A stretch of DNA of 63,047 nucleotides, counting the filler, from Babesia bigemina (Eukaryota), in the NCBI RefSeq assembly GCF_000981445.1. It is 6 parts of 6 records of this genome, joined end to end, with 100 filler letters (N's around TTAATTAATTAA, not from the genome) between each part and the next. Parts side by side here need not be neighbours in the genome. Positions count along the whole stretch, not along the records: positions 17,535 to 19,886 come from NW_012237198.1; positions 19,987 to 24,132 come from NW_012237199.1; positions 24,233 to 33,582 come from NW_012237201.1; 3 more parts are not named here. The stretch is one strand, 5' to 3'. This document shows, one piece after another, positions 17,535 to 30,500 of the stretch. How positions within the stretch are numbered: the stretch's first letter is position 1; each line of letters begins with the position of its first letter. The translations under genes were made by a program, and so were the position numbers. The notes under the pieces are model-generated. The model was not told the DNA's origin. It made no database searches and saw only the letters and a list, made by a program, of their open reading frames with translations.

Positions 17535-17965
17535 TCCTTTATCCCATTTAAATTGGCCCTTAATCCCTTCCAAATCGCCCTTAATCCACTTTACTTGGTC
17601 CCTAACCCATTCAACATGGTTCCTTTATCCATTCTACATCGCCCCTTAATCCACTTTACATCGCTCCCTTACCCACTTTACATCGCCCCTTAACCTCCTC
17701 TACATCGCCCCTTTATCCACTTACATCGCCCCTTACCCACCTTACATCGCCCCTTAACCCACTCTACATCGCTCCTCTATCCACTCTACATCGCTCCCTA
17801 ACCCACTCCACATCGCTCCTTAACCCACTCTACATCGCTCCTCTATCCACTCTACATCGCCCCTTTACCCACTCCACATCGCCCCTTTATCCACTCTACA
17901 TCGCTCCCTAACCCACTCCACATCGCTCCTTTACCCACTCTACATCGCCCCTTGTCCACTCTACA
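17535..17965 (+). repeat. 22-bp minisatellite array (degenerate at contig start)
   Basis: Tandem CCACTCTACATCGCYCCTTWAY. Confidence 0.9.
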
Positions 17966-17995
17966 ACCCTCGAATCACCTTGCCATATTACCGCT

Positions 17996-19876
17996 ATGAC
18001 CTCTATAAACCATCCTAATAACTTGTGCCTTGTCACCCTTCACTTCCCTTCCTTCACCTCTTGCCACTGCCCTGACCATGTGCCGCCTAGGGAGCTTGAC
18101 AAGAAATTTGACAAAATTTTAAACCTAAAAATTACCTCAACTAATAACCCTATCAACATCCTTACTAACCTCTGCACCGGCCTCGAAACCTTCCTCGGCT
18201 TCAACTCTGAGTCCAAAGGCTACGACGGCACTGGGATTGTGTACTCTGACCTGGACAGGCTGTGCGATGCGGTGATGGGATTTTTGAGTGGTGTGCTTGG
18301 TGCGGTGAAAAACGAAAATGAAGTGACAACTTATGATAATTACATGACTAAAAAGCTTAATGAAGTACTAGACACCTTAACTAAAAATATTGGCTCCGGG
18401 CGTGCTGGGCTTGCGGCGTCTGTCCGCGCGGTGAAGGAGTGGTTGGAGGGGTATGGAAAGAGTGTTAATCAAAAATGCGAAGATGTAAAAACGCCGTTGA
18501 TACTTATAAGAAATGACATTAATAATGTCGAACAAAAGTTTCAAGAGCAAAAAAATAAAACACTCAGAGACCAGCATAAGGCATGGAAACATATATTAGA
18601 GTTGTATCTCGGACACGCTGATGTGGCTGAAAAGGCGCAAGATAAATTAGATTCACAACTAATAAGAAAGTTAGAGACGCCGGTAACGGCAATAAAAGAT
18701 GCGGTTAAATTGTTGGAAGAGTCGGCGAGAAACAAGAAATTGGCGGAGGAGCTGAAGGCTGTCGATGAGGAGTTACTCCGTCAACGGAGAAGCATTGAAA
18801 ATAGGATGGCTCAGGAATTTAGAAATCTACGAGAAAATTTGACTGCTTTAACCGAAATGAAGGATGAAAAGTTTGCCCGTCTCAAAAACGTTGTGAAAGA
18901 AGCCAAGGTAGAAGCTAATAAATTGATTTCAGAATACAAAGGAACGTACAACAATGAGATTGACAGACTTTTTAAAGAGGTCACAATTGCACTGAACGAT
19001 ATCACAAAAAAGTCTGGCCCGGAAAGAAAATGCAAGCTCAACGAACTATTTGGCCAAATAAAAAAGAAAGTGAGCAATATTGGTATTGAAATTGGCAGCA
19101 GCAATGTGGAGTTAGCAGAGTGGAAGGTGGCCGCTGGAAATGTTTTGGAAAACGCTATGAGAACATGTGAAGATGTTGTTGAGAAGCTAAATATAACGTC
19201 GAATAACGATTTGAAAACACCGTTGCATCGTGTCAAGTTGAAAGCGACGGAGCTAAACGATGCCTATCAGGGTGCAAATAATAAGCTTCAGCAAGTTGCT
19301 CAGAAAGCTGAGGCTGCGTTTAAGCAACTTGGAACGCTTCATACCGACGTTAAGGAGAAGGTGCCGAAAGGACTTGATGATTTTAATAATGGCGCCGTTG
19401 AATGGAATGTTAATGGTCAAATCGTTGCACTTACAAGCTCGATTACAAGTAATGTTGAGGGGTATATGAAGGAGTTGTCGGCAACATTTACTGACGCAGC
19501 AGCAAGTGCCAGCTGGTCGGGTAATTTGAGACCAGGTGTTACAAAATTGGTTGGAGCTTTGCAAAATGGTAATCTGGGAACGGAGTTGAAGATATTAGGA
19601 GGCGTGCTGCAACAGGCCAATTCGAAAGCTCATAATAATATAAATGATGCATTATATAATTTGGAAATCACTCTTAGTCATTTCAAGCAGGCTATGGTGC
19701 ATTGGGGGGAACTTCCATCTGAGTTTTCGTCTCATGATATCCTGAAAGATCCCAAAGGCGCTTTTAGTACCCAAGCTATTGCCGACAATTTTAAAACAAA
19801 TCTAGGCCCCCTTTGCCCCAGGCGGCCCAAAAGCGTAGACGAATTTGACAGGCCAATCCGGCCGCGCGGGAAATAA
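17996..19876 (+). CDS. ves1: ves1/VESA1-like protein, N-terminal part; 3' end lost in low-quality contig end
   Basis: MTSINH leader, SCHCPDHVPPREL, GIVYSDLDRLCDAVM, coiled-coil region. Confidence 0.8.
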   Translation: MTSINHPNNLCLVTLHFPSFTSCHCPDHVPPRELDKKFDKILNLKITSTNNPINILTNLCTGLETFLGFNSESKGYDGTGIVYSDLDRLCDAVMGFLSGVLGAVKNENEVTTYDNYMTKKLNEVLDTLTKNIGSGRAGLAASVRAVKEWLEGYGKSVNQKCEDVKTPLILIRNDINNVEQKFQEQKNKTLRDQHKAWKHILELYLGHADVAEKAQDKLDSQLIRKLETPVTAIKDAVKLLEESARNKKLAEELKAVDEELLRQRRSIENRMAQEFRNLRENLTALTEMKDEKFARLKNVVKEAKVEANKLISEYKGTYNNEIDRLFKEVTIALNDITKKSGPERKCKLNELFGQIKKKVSNIGIEIGSSNVELAEWKVAAGNVLENAMRTCEDVVEKLNITSNNDLKTPLHRVKLKATELNDAYQGANNKLQQVAQKAEAAFKQLGTLHTDVKEKVPKGLDDFNNGAVEWNVNGQIVALTSSITSNVEGYMKELSATFTDAAASASWSGNLRPGVTKLVGALQNGNLGTELKILGGVLQQANSKAHNNINDALYNLEITLSHFKQAMVHWGELPSEFSSHDILKDPKGAFSTQAIADNFKTNLGPLCPRRPKSVDEFDRPIRPRGK

Positions 19877-19886
19877 CGCGATTAAA

Positions 19887-19986
19887 NNNNNNNNNNNNNN
19901 NNNNNNNNNNNNNNNNNNNNNNNNNNNNNNTTAATTAATTAANNNNNNNNNNNNNNNNNNNNNNNNNNNNNNNNNNNNNNNNNNNN
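19887..19986. other. Artificial contig spacer
   Basis: N run with TTAATTAATTAA. Confidence 0.97.
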
Positions 19987-20027
19987 GCTAATGAAGGTCA
20001 TAGCGGTATAAGGCGAGGTAATTCAAG

Positions 20028-20850
20028 GGATGTAGAGTGGATAAAGGAGCGATGTAGAGTGGGTTAGGGAGCGATGTAGAGTGGATAAGGGGCGATGTAG
20101 AGTGGATAAGGGAGCGATGTGGAGTGGGTTAGGGAGCGATGTAGAGTGGGTTAAGGGGCGATGTAGAGTGGATTAGGGAGCGATGTAGAGTGGATAAAGG
20201 GGCGATGTAGAGTGGATAAAGGAGCGATGTGGAGTGGATAAAGGAGCGATGTAGAGTGGGTTAGGGAGCGATGTAGAGTGGGTTAAGGGGCGATGTAGAG
20301 TGGGTTAGGGAGCGATGAAGAGTGGATAAAGGGGCGATGTAGAGTGGGTAAGGGAGCGATGTAGAGTGGGTTATGGAGCGATGTAGAGTGGATTAAGGGG
20401 CGATGTAGAGTGGATAAAGGAGCGATGTAGAGTGGGTAAAGGGGCGATGTAGAGTGGGTAAGGGAGCGATGTGGAGTGGATGATAAATACCACTCTGATC
20501 ACCATGTCATCGCTGCCGTGACCATGTCATCGCTGCCGTGTCCATGTCATCGCTGCCGTGACCATGTCATCGCTGCCGTGTCCATGTCATCGCTGCCGTA
20601 ACCATGTCATCGCTGCCGTGACCATGTCATCGCTGCTGTGTCCATGTCATCGCTGCCGTGACCATGTCATCGCTGCCGTGACCATCAACTTGGTCAACAC
20701 GTTGGTCAGCACGTTGGTCAGCACGTTGGTCATGGCATTGGTCAGCACCTTGGTCACCACTTTGGTCACCACTTTGGTCATGGCATTGGTCACCACTCTG
20801 GTCATGGCATTGGTCAGCACTTTGGGCAGCATCTTGATCAGCATTTTAGT
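20028..20850 (-). repeat. Composite array: 22-mer (20028-20481), 20-mer (20500-20685), 12-mer (20686-20850)
   Basis: Same three units in the same order as elsewhere; the conserved start motif of a further minus-strand gene is visible at ~19990-20024. Confidence 0.93.
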
Positions 20851-20969
20851 TTACTGTTACACAATCACATACAACGATTAATGAGTGATACAACAGATTA
20901 AAGCACAATTCATAAGTTAGGTGAGTAGGTGATGCTAGGTGAGTGTAGACAGTAAACACGTGAGTACGC

Positions 20970-23900
20970 TTATGGTTGTAGATAAAACACCCTGCCCAGT
21001 TTGTTAACACGTGCCGCGGCGAGTAGTGATTGAGCAGCGATGCGATGACTCGAGGGACTATGCAAATGCGATTTGATGTGGAGCAGGTCTAGGCGGATGA
21101 CCATGATGTGGAGGAGGTATAGGAGAGAGAGGAGCCAGAGGGCGACGTTGAGCCAGATGAAGGGGGAGCGGATTTTGAATAGGAAGTGGTCGCACGTGTC
21201 GAACAGGTTCTTGAAGTACTGCGATTTTAGGACAGCAGTTAATTGATTATAGAAATCATGGCATTGCTTGTTGGCATCGAGCGCATTTGGGTCACCAAAT
21301 GCAAAGCCATATCTGTAAAATGTTGGTGAAACACCCTTACATTTTACCATGGATGAGCATTTGCAATGCGGTTGGCCTGGTACATTTTCCTTCGGCTCAT
21401 CACTCTTTCCATGTTCGCCGCGTTTGCACTTGCTGCTGTTAAGGCAACTACGACAGCCCCAGTCTGCGCAGAAGATATTGCAAAAGTCGTCACATAGATT
21501 CTTGAGATACTCCCAGAACGTCCATGGAAGGTACACCGCCCAGGACACGTATGTGTCACAGTGTTTCATGGCGAAGTAACAATATGCATCTTCGGCTAAG
21601 GGATATATATAGGGAGCGCAGTTAACATTTTTCTTTTTGCCTTTACATGTGTCGGTGGTTGTTAGGGTCGTAAGATGAGGATGTTCGCAGTCGGTGTGAG
21701 TTGCAGACTTAGAACCGTAGGCGTCAACCAGTGCTTTAGTAAAGACAGTGCTATCAGTTTGCAGTTGAATGGAGAGGTTGTTAACAGATGCCTCAAATGC
21801 GGATCGCATATCACTCAGGTTCATGCGTTTACTTGACCCACAGCTGTTAGCAAGCGACTGGACGAAACTGAAATGCTCCGGTAAGGTGGACGGCGGTTTC
21901 GGAATTAGGCACAGCAAACCATTGAGATGGGTATTAGCAAAGAATTTCCTTATGATGTGACATATGTCTCCACCCGTCTTAGTGGAACCGGAGAATCCCC
22001 TGAATCCAAGCGGCGTAAGACAGGGCATACCTTTCTTGGATGTTGAAGGGCAATTGAGGCACTCGTACCTGCAACCAATTTTGCTAAGTTGGTGAGGTAG
22101 ATGCCCCGGTAAGCAATCGTTAAGATAGGACATTAACGGGGAAGTTGGTCGGCAATTTGCTTGGCTGTTTACTTGGCACTTTGGTTGGTCATTTGGTTTG
22201 CCGTTTGGTTGGCACGCTGCTTTGTCTTCTGAGTGGTCGATACACTGCGATTTGCCTGAAGCAATATCTTTGCCGTACATACAATCGCGCCAACCAAAGT
22301 TGTATGCGGCATAGCTACACTGGCCGAGCAGGAATTTTAGCGGCGGGAACAAGCGGCGTAATATGTCGAGCAACATGTCGAAGCAATCTTCGCCGCTTTG
22401 GGGGTAGTGGAATTTCATGGAATTATTCGACAAGTCAGACGCGTAGGTGGTGAACTCGTCTCCTGTTCCGGCTATTGTGGTTAAAACATCGTACGCGTTT
22501 GCACATATGTCAGTTACCGCTGTTCGCATATCTTCATATGATACGTTACGTGGGTAAGCTTCCAAGGGTACCGTTTGGTTATTCACCAATGATATCTTAA
22601 AATTGTCGCCAACTACTGGTTCTATTTCTAACCCGTCGACCACTTCATCTACATCTTCCTTGCCCCTTTTATACAGCTCTTCCAAAATATGCGTGATAGC
22701 TGCGTCTAGCTTAACGTGACGTACAGGGTTGTGCGTAAGTCCAGATAGCCAAACTAACATATCGTAAACGGAACATGGATGCCTCTTTGATGTTAGAGTA
22801 GACAGGTGACCTACTTCGTTATATTGGTCCAAGTGATGGTACAGGCAATCAAGAATATTGCTAATATCGAAATGTGTTTTTTCCTTCGGCTTACCTGTCT
22901 TAATATCTTGATTCGATTCGCACGCTTTGATGTGATCAAAAACCGTACCGCGTTCTAATTTATTCTCCACGAGCTTTTCAAGAATATTTGCACCGGTGAA
23001 CTTATACTTGCACTGCAGCTCCCCGTCCTGATGCGACTTCTGACTGGTAGGAACAATGTAACCGCAATGCTTGAGGAACTCACCAAGGGGGTTTTCTTTG
23101 TCAATTTCATCCTTTAGATGAATGGCTTTCCCTTGCCAACTATGTTCACACCTCCTCTTCAACTCCCCGAGGTCCTCCACCCACATCGGCAGGCAGCTCA
23201 TAAACACCTTGGCGCAGCGCGTAGCGTCGACGGTTAATTCGTCGGTAACTTTTTTCTCCTTGATAACTTTCCACTCCATCTTAGGATGCCCATCATACCT
23301 ACTCACATACGCCTTTTCCATCTCCGCTACCAGCCCTTGCATCCCTGCCTTCAGCGCATCCAGGAGTTGCGGGTGGTGCGGGTTCGCGAAGTCAGCGGGG
23401 TCGAACGTGGACAGGGCGGAGGTCAGCTCGTGGAGGTGGGAGCGGAATTCGGCGTCGAAGGTGAAGGTGCGATTGTTGTCGTGGAGGTGGGTGAGGAGGT
23501 CGTAGGTGCGGGCTTGGAGGCCGGCGACCAGTTGGGAGGAGGGGGAGGCTTCGGTGGAGATGTGGGTAAAGAGGGGATTGAAATAGAAATCAAGATGTTT
23601 TGACAAATCTTTCACGCTTGGATATCTCAGTGGATCAATGTACGACTGAAGGTTGCTGCCAATAGTGTTCATCAGACCCTTGAGGCCGGTTGTCTGATTT
23701 GTGAAAATAGTCTTACTGATGATATTTTTCTGGTAGTGAACGAACTTTTTCAGCTCCTCTAACTCGGCAGTTTTACGGGTTACAAACTGCGAGAGGGCCG
23801 ATTTTTTAAGGGTCTTGATTTTTTCGGTGACTTCGTATTTGACTTTGGCGGTGATGTCGGAAATGCATTCATTGATTCTATTTGGAATGGCAGTACTGTT

Positions 23901-24132
23901 GAACATATTTGCAAAAACCATTATCTGTGTTAGATTTGAGGGCACTGTGTCACTGTTATAGCTGCGGGCGTCGCCAATGATATTGGTATTAATTTCCTTG
24001 TACATTTCTCTAAGATGTATCTGGGTACCATACAGCGTGTCAGAATGGATCATTGTTTGCAAATCTTCTAACAAATTTTGCACGCCTCTACTTTTATTTG
24101 GAATCACATCTTTCACCGTACCGGCATCGCGT
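20970..24132 (-). CDS. ves1: ves1/VESA1-like protein, 5'-partial; class II Cys domain with class I tail
   Basis: SPLMSYLNDCLPGHLPH, GFRGFSGS, LPEHF, TM helix, ARVNKLGRVFYLQP. Confidence 0.85.
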
Positions 24133-24232
24133 NNNNNNNNNNNNNNNNNNNNNNNNNNNNNNNNNNNNNNNNNNNNTTAATTAATTAANNNNNNNNNNNN
24201 NNNNNNNNNNNNNNNNNNNNNNNNNNNNNNNN
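24133..24232. other. Artificial contig spacer
   Basis: N run with TTAATTAATTAA. Confidence 0.97.
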
Positions 24233-24510
24233 ACTCTTTATCTCCCCTTTACCCACTCTACATCGCTCCTTTAGCCACTCTACATCGCCCGCTTTATCCA
24301 CTCTACATCGCCTCCTTAACCCACTCTACATCGCTCCTTTACCCACTCTACATCGCTCCCTAACACACTCCACATCGCCCCTTATCCACTCTACATCGCC
24401 CCTTAACCCACTCTACATCGCCCCTTAACCCACTCTACATCGCCCCTTAACCCACTCCACATCGCTCCTTTACCCACTCCACATCGCTCCCTTATCCACT
24501 CTACATCGCT
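24233..24510 (+). repeat. 22-bp minisatellite array
   Basis: Tandem CCACTCTACATCGCCCCTTAAC variants. Confidence 0.93.
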
Positions 24511-24511
24511 A

Positions 24512-27500
24512 ATTAAGTCCCTCCAATCCGAAAAATCTAAGCTTTCTTGCCCCTTCAAATACTCTGATAAGGAGACTTACTGTCAGTACTACGAGAAGCA
24601 AATTAGTGACACTACTAAGAAGCTTAAAGAATCTGGGAAAAAAGAAAATGAAATCGCTGAAAATCACAATATAAAGTTTAAGAAAACATGTCTAGAAGAG
24701 TGTATAAATGCTCACAAAAAACATCCTCCATCTCCTGCCTTGAAGTCTGTTGAAGAGAAGATTGTCCAGCTTGGTCACCTTGCTGGTAAGCTTGGCGGAT
24801 TTGTTGGTGAAAGTGACAGTGTTAACAAAGCCGTTAAGAATGCTATTATCGCTGTAATTAACAGTAATGAAGAGCTTAAAAATGAATACTCTTCTCATGT
24901 TACTACCCTTTCTGAGTCTGTCAAATCTGCTGACCAGGCTGTTGGCACCGTTGAAATTGAGCAGCTTAGTCAGCGAGTTAGTCAAGAAATTACTCTAATT
25001 ACTCAACGTATTAATAGCCCTAAAAACCTTCCTAATAATCTTCCTCCTTCCCCCTCTCCCTCTGCTGACTCAGCCGAATTGCAGCCCAAGTTGGAGGCTT
25101 TGAGGAAGGTGGAGAAGCTTTGTGGATTTTATGAGAATCTTAATACTAAACAAAATGATCCTAAAAAGCTCTTAGATAATTTATGTTCCGGCCTCGAAAA
25201 ATTCCTCGGCTTCAACTCTGACTCCAAAGGCTACGACGGCAGTGGGATTGTGTACTCCGACTTGGACAGGCTGTGTGACGGGGTGATGGCGTTTTTGAGT
25301 GGTGTTCTCAGTAACATCAAAGAGCATTTAGGGCAGCATAAAGATATTATTCAGCCTGTAATTGATACACTTAACACCAATAAACACGGCGGTAAAAAAG
25401 GTTTTAATGAAGCGATTGGAAGTGTGGTCGAAGGGGTGGGGAGGTATAATAAGGCAGTGGAGCAGTCTAATACCTCCATAAAAACTCCGATAAGAAATTT
25501 GTATAGCTACTTGAAACCTGAAAAAGGTGAGTTAACTATCGGTCTTAATGCTTTGCAGGTCACCGAGCAGCCTGGACAACACGTTGTCGACCAAGCCGAG
25601 AGGCTGGTGGCGACAACCCTTCAGAAATCTAAGCAATTTGACAGCGAACTTAAACGCGTCGAAACACATATTAATGATCTAAATGCAAATTGTAAAACAC
25701 TTGTAAATCACGCACGTAAGAATGTTAGCTATGAGACTAAGCGGCTGGAGGAGCTGTCGAAAAGCGGCAAGACCAGCATGACCGACATGGAGCGGAAAAT
25801 CACCGACACGTGCCAGACGCTCAAGGAGGCCATCAAATCGGGTATAACGGCAGAAGTGGAAATCCTTGTTCGTGATTTGAAGAAAAAAGTATTCGATATT
25901 TTGATGCAACTTAAGGACATTAACGAGAAATTGAAGGAGTACGTTAGGAATCTTGATCAGTGGATGTTGAAGGCAAACGCAGTGGCGAGCGAAGCTGCGG
26001 ATGAAGCTAAATTCATAAATGGGAGACGGCCCGGATTTGAAGATCAGAATGCAATTAAAAAGATTGTGAGGGAACTGAACGAAAGGAGCGGCGTGCTTTG
26101 CAGGTATATAGATGACGTTAAGGAAGAATTTAATACGAAAGTCAAAGCAGCGCTTCAGCAAGTGAAAGACATGGATGGGAAGCTGAAAGAGGATTTGAAG
26201 AAGGTGAAGGATGAAGTAGGCAAAAAAGTAAAAGAGATCAAAGAGGCGATTGGATACCTCTACAATAAAGTCACTGGCACACTTGGACCGGTGAGTAATG
26301 AGAAGACGATTGAGGAGATTATGAAACATATTAAAGGGCAGGTGGAGATCATCAAGCAGAAAGTTGGAAGTGAAGACACACCAAATAAAAATGATCCACT
26401 TAGCATCGATTATAATTGGGATGCACTGAAGACAAAGATTATGGACCGCGTGAGTGAGATATACGATAAGAAAGGAATAGGAAATATGAATTATCTTGGT
26501 AATATCGAGAAGGGCGTTGCAACGTACGCTGCGTTGTTTAATGACGCAAGAGTAGGAAATGGATTAGAAAAGACGGTTGGTGGATGGGTAGAAGGCATAG
26601 TCATGAGTCATGCGGTTCAAAGTTTGCTTAAGGAGTATTTTGACCAAAATAAAACCAGCGGCTACTTCGATGGCAGTTTAAAGAATGACATTCCTGGAGC
26701 TTTACGAAGGTATGTAACACCCAATCTAATGCTGAGTGTCAAAGAGGCTGTTCGTACGATCAAACCCTCCCACAACTTCTACACTGCTAGCACTGTCAAT
26801 GAAAAGCTGATATACATTAGGGAGTATCTCGGCCAATTATCCAATGACGTAATGAGAAAGGAAGGTGAGATTGTTTCCGCTGTTGCAGGTTTTGTAGAAC
26901 TTCAAAAGGATGTTGTACAGTACGGTAGGGGGATTACACAGAGAAAATTTTTTCTCACTTCTGCTGTACGCGTTGTTCTCTCAGCTCTCAAACACACTGC
27001 AGAGAAAATTGCTGAACAACTTCAAAATTTCACCGACGACGGAGCTATAGGGTTGGGTAGTCGAGTTAAAGCATCCATATTAACTGTAAATCAAATTGGG
27101 GGTGAATTCGAGACTATCGGTAATTCGTTAGGTGCTAAGATTCAAGCAGCGCTTGACGGTGTAAAACCAAGCATTAAGAATCTCCACTATAATGTGGACA
27201 AGTCGGTTGAACTCAGCGCTAGAGAAGGCGTACCTAATGATGCCAAGGCCGTCGACACTGCGATCAAAGGCGTGACTGAAGAGCTTGAAAAGAAATTGAT
27301 AGCGAATGGAGATACAGTCACGCTTGACAAAGATACAACATTTGCTCAATACAACGGTTTCGTCGACCAAACTAAAGTGGGTGGTGAACCAGACGCATTA
27401 GAGGGCACCCTCCCAACCAAGATCAAAGAGATTGGCACGTACGCTGACACTGGATTCAGCGTTGATCCAACCAGGGAGGCTCTGGAAAAATGGTCGGAAA

Positions 27501-30500
27501 ATCTCGCCAATAATCTCAAATCCCTCTTAACGGCATTTGCCAAAAGCGGAACATTTATACAAGAGAAGTTGAACACACTCACAAAGGAGACTATCGGGAA
27601 GGATCTCAAACAAATTAAAGAAAAACTTTCCGAGTTGCAGAAAGAGTTGGAATCTGGTCCCATTCAGAAGGCAACAGTTTTCTCTGATGAAGCCCAAAAG
27701 TTACAACAGAAATGCATCCAATCCCTCCACGTCCACGTTGAGGCCAAAATCAAGCAAGCAAACTCCGACGTGACCACCGAGGCCCGCAAGCAGTACCTTT
27801 GCGCTGTCAAGTCGCTGCTCACTGTATTCTCGAACAAGGTTAAGAGCGAGTTGAATGCTGTTCTTCGAGACATAAACAATGACTTAAACATAGGTCACAA
27901 AAAGTTCATGAGTACGTTTGGAGAGACCTTCGTCAAAAGTGTTAACGACATTGACGCCGTTAATGCAAACGACTTCGCTGCCGAAAAATCCCCGCTTAGC
28001 GTATCAGCCGATTTACTAAACACCGCCGTGAGAACATTGTTCAGCGAATTAGAGAAGCAGAAGGACTTCGCCCCTGACTTCAAGAGAATCGCATCTACGC
28101 AAGCGGCCGCCCGTAAGCTACTTTACAACCTAACGAAATCTCGACAGTTTGATCATGTATTTTCCTTAGATTTGGATGAGCTCAAGACAGTCCTCGCTCA
28201 ATGTCTTCCTCAAAAATTCGGTGACGGCAAGTGTCCGTTGCTGCTTGAGGCTCTGCTTAAGGGCTTCATGCCTCTGGTCGAAGAGTTAGAAAAGCAGTAT
28301 GTCGGCAGATATTCTGGTAGAGTGTACGATGTGTCCGACGAACGTAGCTACGCCAAAGTGTTTATCACTTGTTTCTATACGCTTCATAAGACGCTGAATA
28401 AGTTGAACAAGGGGTGTATGAACGGTGGCCCCTGGAATGACAAACCATGTTGTGAAAAGGGGAAACGCGGCGAGAATCCATTTGGTCAATTTATGATTCA
28501 GTGCGGATTCCGGATCGCCAAGGATGCGGACTCCAAAGACGGCGAATTGAAGCATCCCTCTGACAAGTTCACCAGTAAGGCGATCCACGACAAACTTCTC
28601 GACAGCAAATTCATAGATCCCGAATTACGCACGCACCTTATTAAGTGCGAATCCAATATACACAACAAGCCCGATCAGTTCGACATTTTCGATCTCCTCG
28701 ACTGCACTCTTCATCACTTTGACAGGTACAACGAGCTGTGTCACATACCCACTGCGTCATCAACCAAAGTGCCAAGCAGCATATACGATATGCTCATATG
28801 GTTTTGTAGTCTACCCTACAGTGCCGTCTATCCAACGCTGTTACGTGACACTATAAGCGATCTTCTTACTGACAAAGCTAAGCAAAAGCCACAGGCGCAC
28901 GACGGGCTGGAGTTCACATTCATCGATCCGGCGTCGCAATCCCTAGCAGCGTACCCAAAGAGCATACCGTACAGTGAAGTAGTCTCCGCACTCGAACATC
29001 TTTGTTCCAAATCGCACGATGTTCTCACTTGCATCGTAGGCTACGGCGACGCATACAGCACCTACGGCAGCGACTATTGCAACAATTCATTTGGATTTAA
29101 GTATCCCTCCTCAGGGGAGGATTGTTTGCAGATGATCACTGATCTCCTCCGTAGGCTTCTCCATTGTCTTCGGTATCTGCATAAACAGTGCGGCGTAACA
29201 GCCAAGCACAACGGTTGGTCCGACTGCAGATTCGGCAAGGACGTTAAGTCAGCCAAATGGGAGTGCAAAGATCACTCAACCGACGAACCTAATTGCCAAG
29301 CAAACGACAAGGCAACGTGCCAAGCAACTTGCCAAGCAAAATCGCCGCTTCAGTCCTACTTAACCGATTGCTTATATGGCCACTTGCCTCATCAACTCAC
29401 CAGTGTTGGATGTAAATCAACATGCAAGTCGTGTCCTGGTAGCTCTCCCGGGATGCCGTGTTTAACGCCACTTGGGTTCAGCGGCTTTTCAGGCTCAACT
29501 CGCAAGGGTACGGACCTATGCGAGGTGCTCGATGCATTCTTCTCTAACGATTATCTGTCATCGCTGTTCACGCTAGCTCCGCGACCGCCGGAAACGCTAC
29601 CGGAGCACATCGGATTTGCTTTGTCACTAGCAGCGGCGCTTAATGCTGGACAGCCGGTCAGGAAGCCCGCTCAAGAATCGTTCAGCGATGCATTCGAGAA
29701 GTCCATCAAGGGAGCCACCATCAGCCTTTATGAGAATCCCTCAAATTATACTGCTGCCGTTAAAAATGCCTATAAAAACACACAAAGTCACGAAGGTCAT
29801 AGCCATCCCCCAGCGACGGAGGCGGACGTATACACGCTTATGTTCCCATCAACTTGTTTGCGTTCAAGCGACGACAGGCTGTACTGTGCTCCATACCTGT
29901 ATACGTTAGGCATGGATACGCATCATTATCTTGCCTACCAACATACGAATCTCTATCTGTCATGGACGATGTATCTGCCCTGGACATTCTATTCATACCT
30001 TAGAAGTCTACTTGAGGCCTTCAAAAATGTTTCCTGCCAGGAATGGGAGTGCAGCAAATGTATGCATCGCGGAAAATGCAAGAAGGGCCAGCATGGCGTC
30101 GACTACAACTGCCAGTGCAAAGGTATAATAGAGTGCCGTGGCGTAAGTAGCGCATTCCACAAATACGGTTTCACATTCGGCGACCCTGCAATTCTGTCTG
30201 AGGTGGAAGGGAAACGATATTGCCACAACTTCTACAACCAACTCGTTAACGTCTTAAAATCGAATTGCTTTGCTAAGTTATTTGATAAATGCGACGAATT
30301 CCTCTGGATCATCAGACAACCGTTCACATACTTGGTTCTCGCACTCTGGTCACTATCCCTCTTCTACCTCCTTTGCGTAATGGTTGGCAGACTGGATGTG
30401 CTCCACATCAAATCACACTTACGATCACCGTCATCGCACAGGATAACGGCGCAATCACTGTTGGCTGCAGCGCAAGTCGGAAGGCTTGCCAAGATATCGT

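Noticed and set aside
18001..18012. TATAAA inside the MTSINH leader as a TATA box
   Set aside because: Not conserved in the 10995 copy (CATTAA), and canonical TATA boxes are not established in apicomplexan promoters
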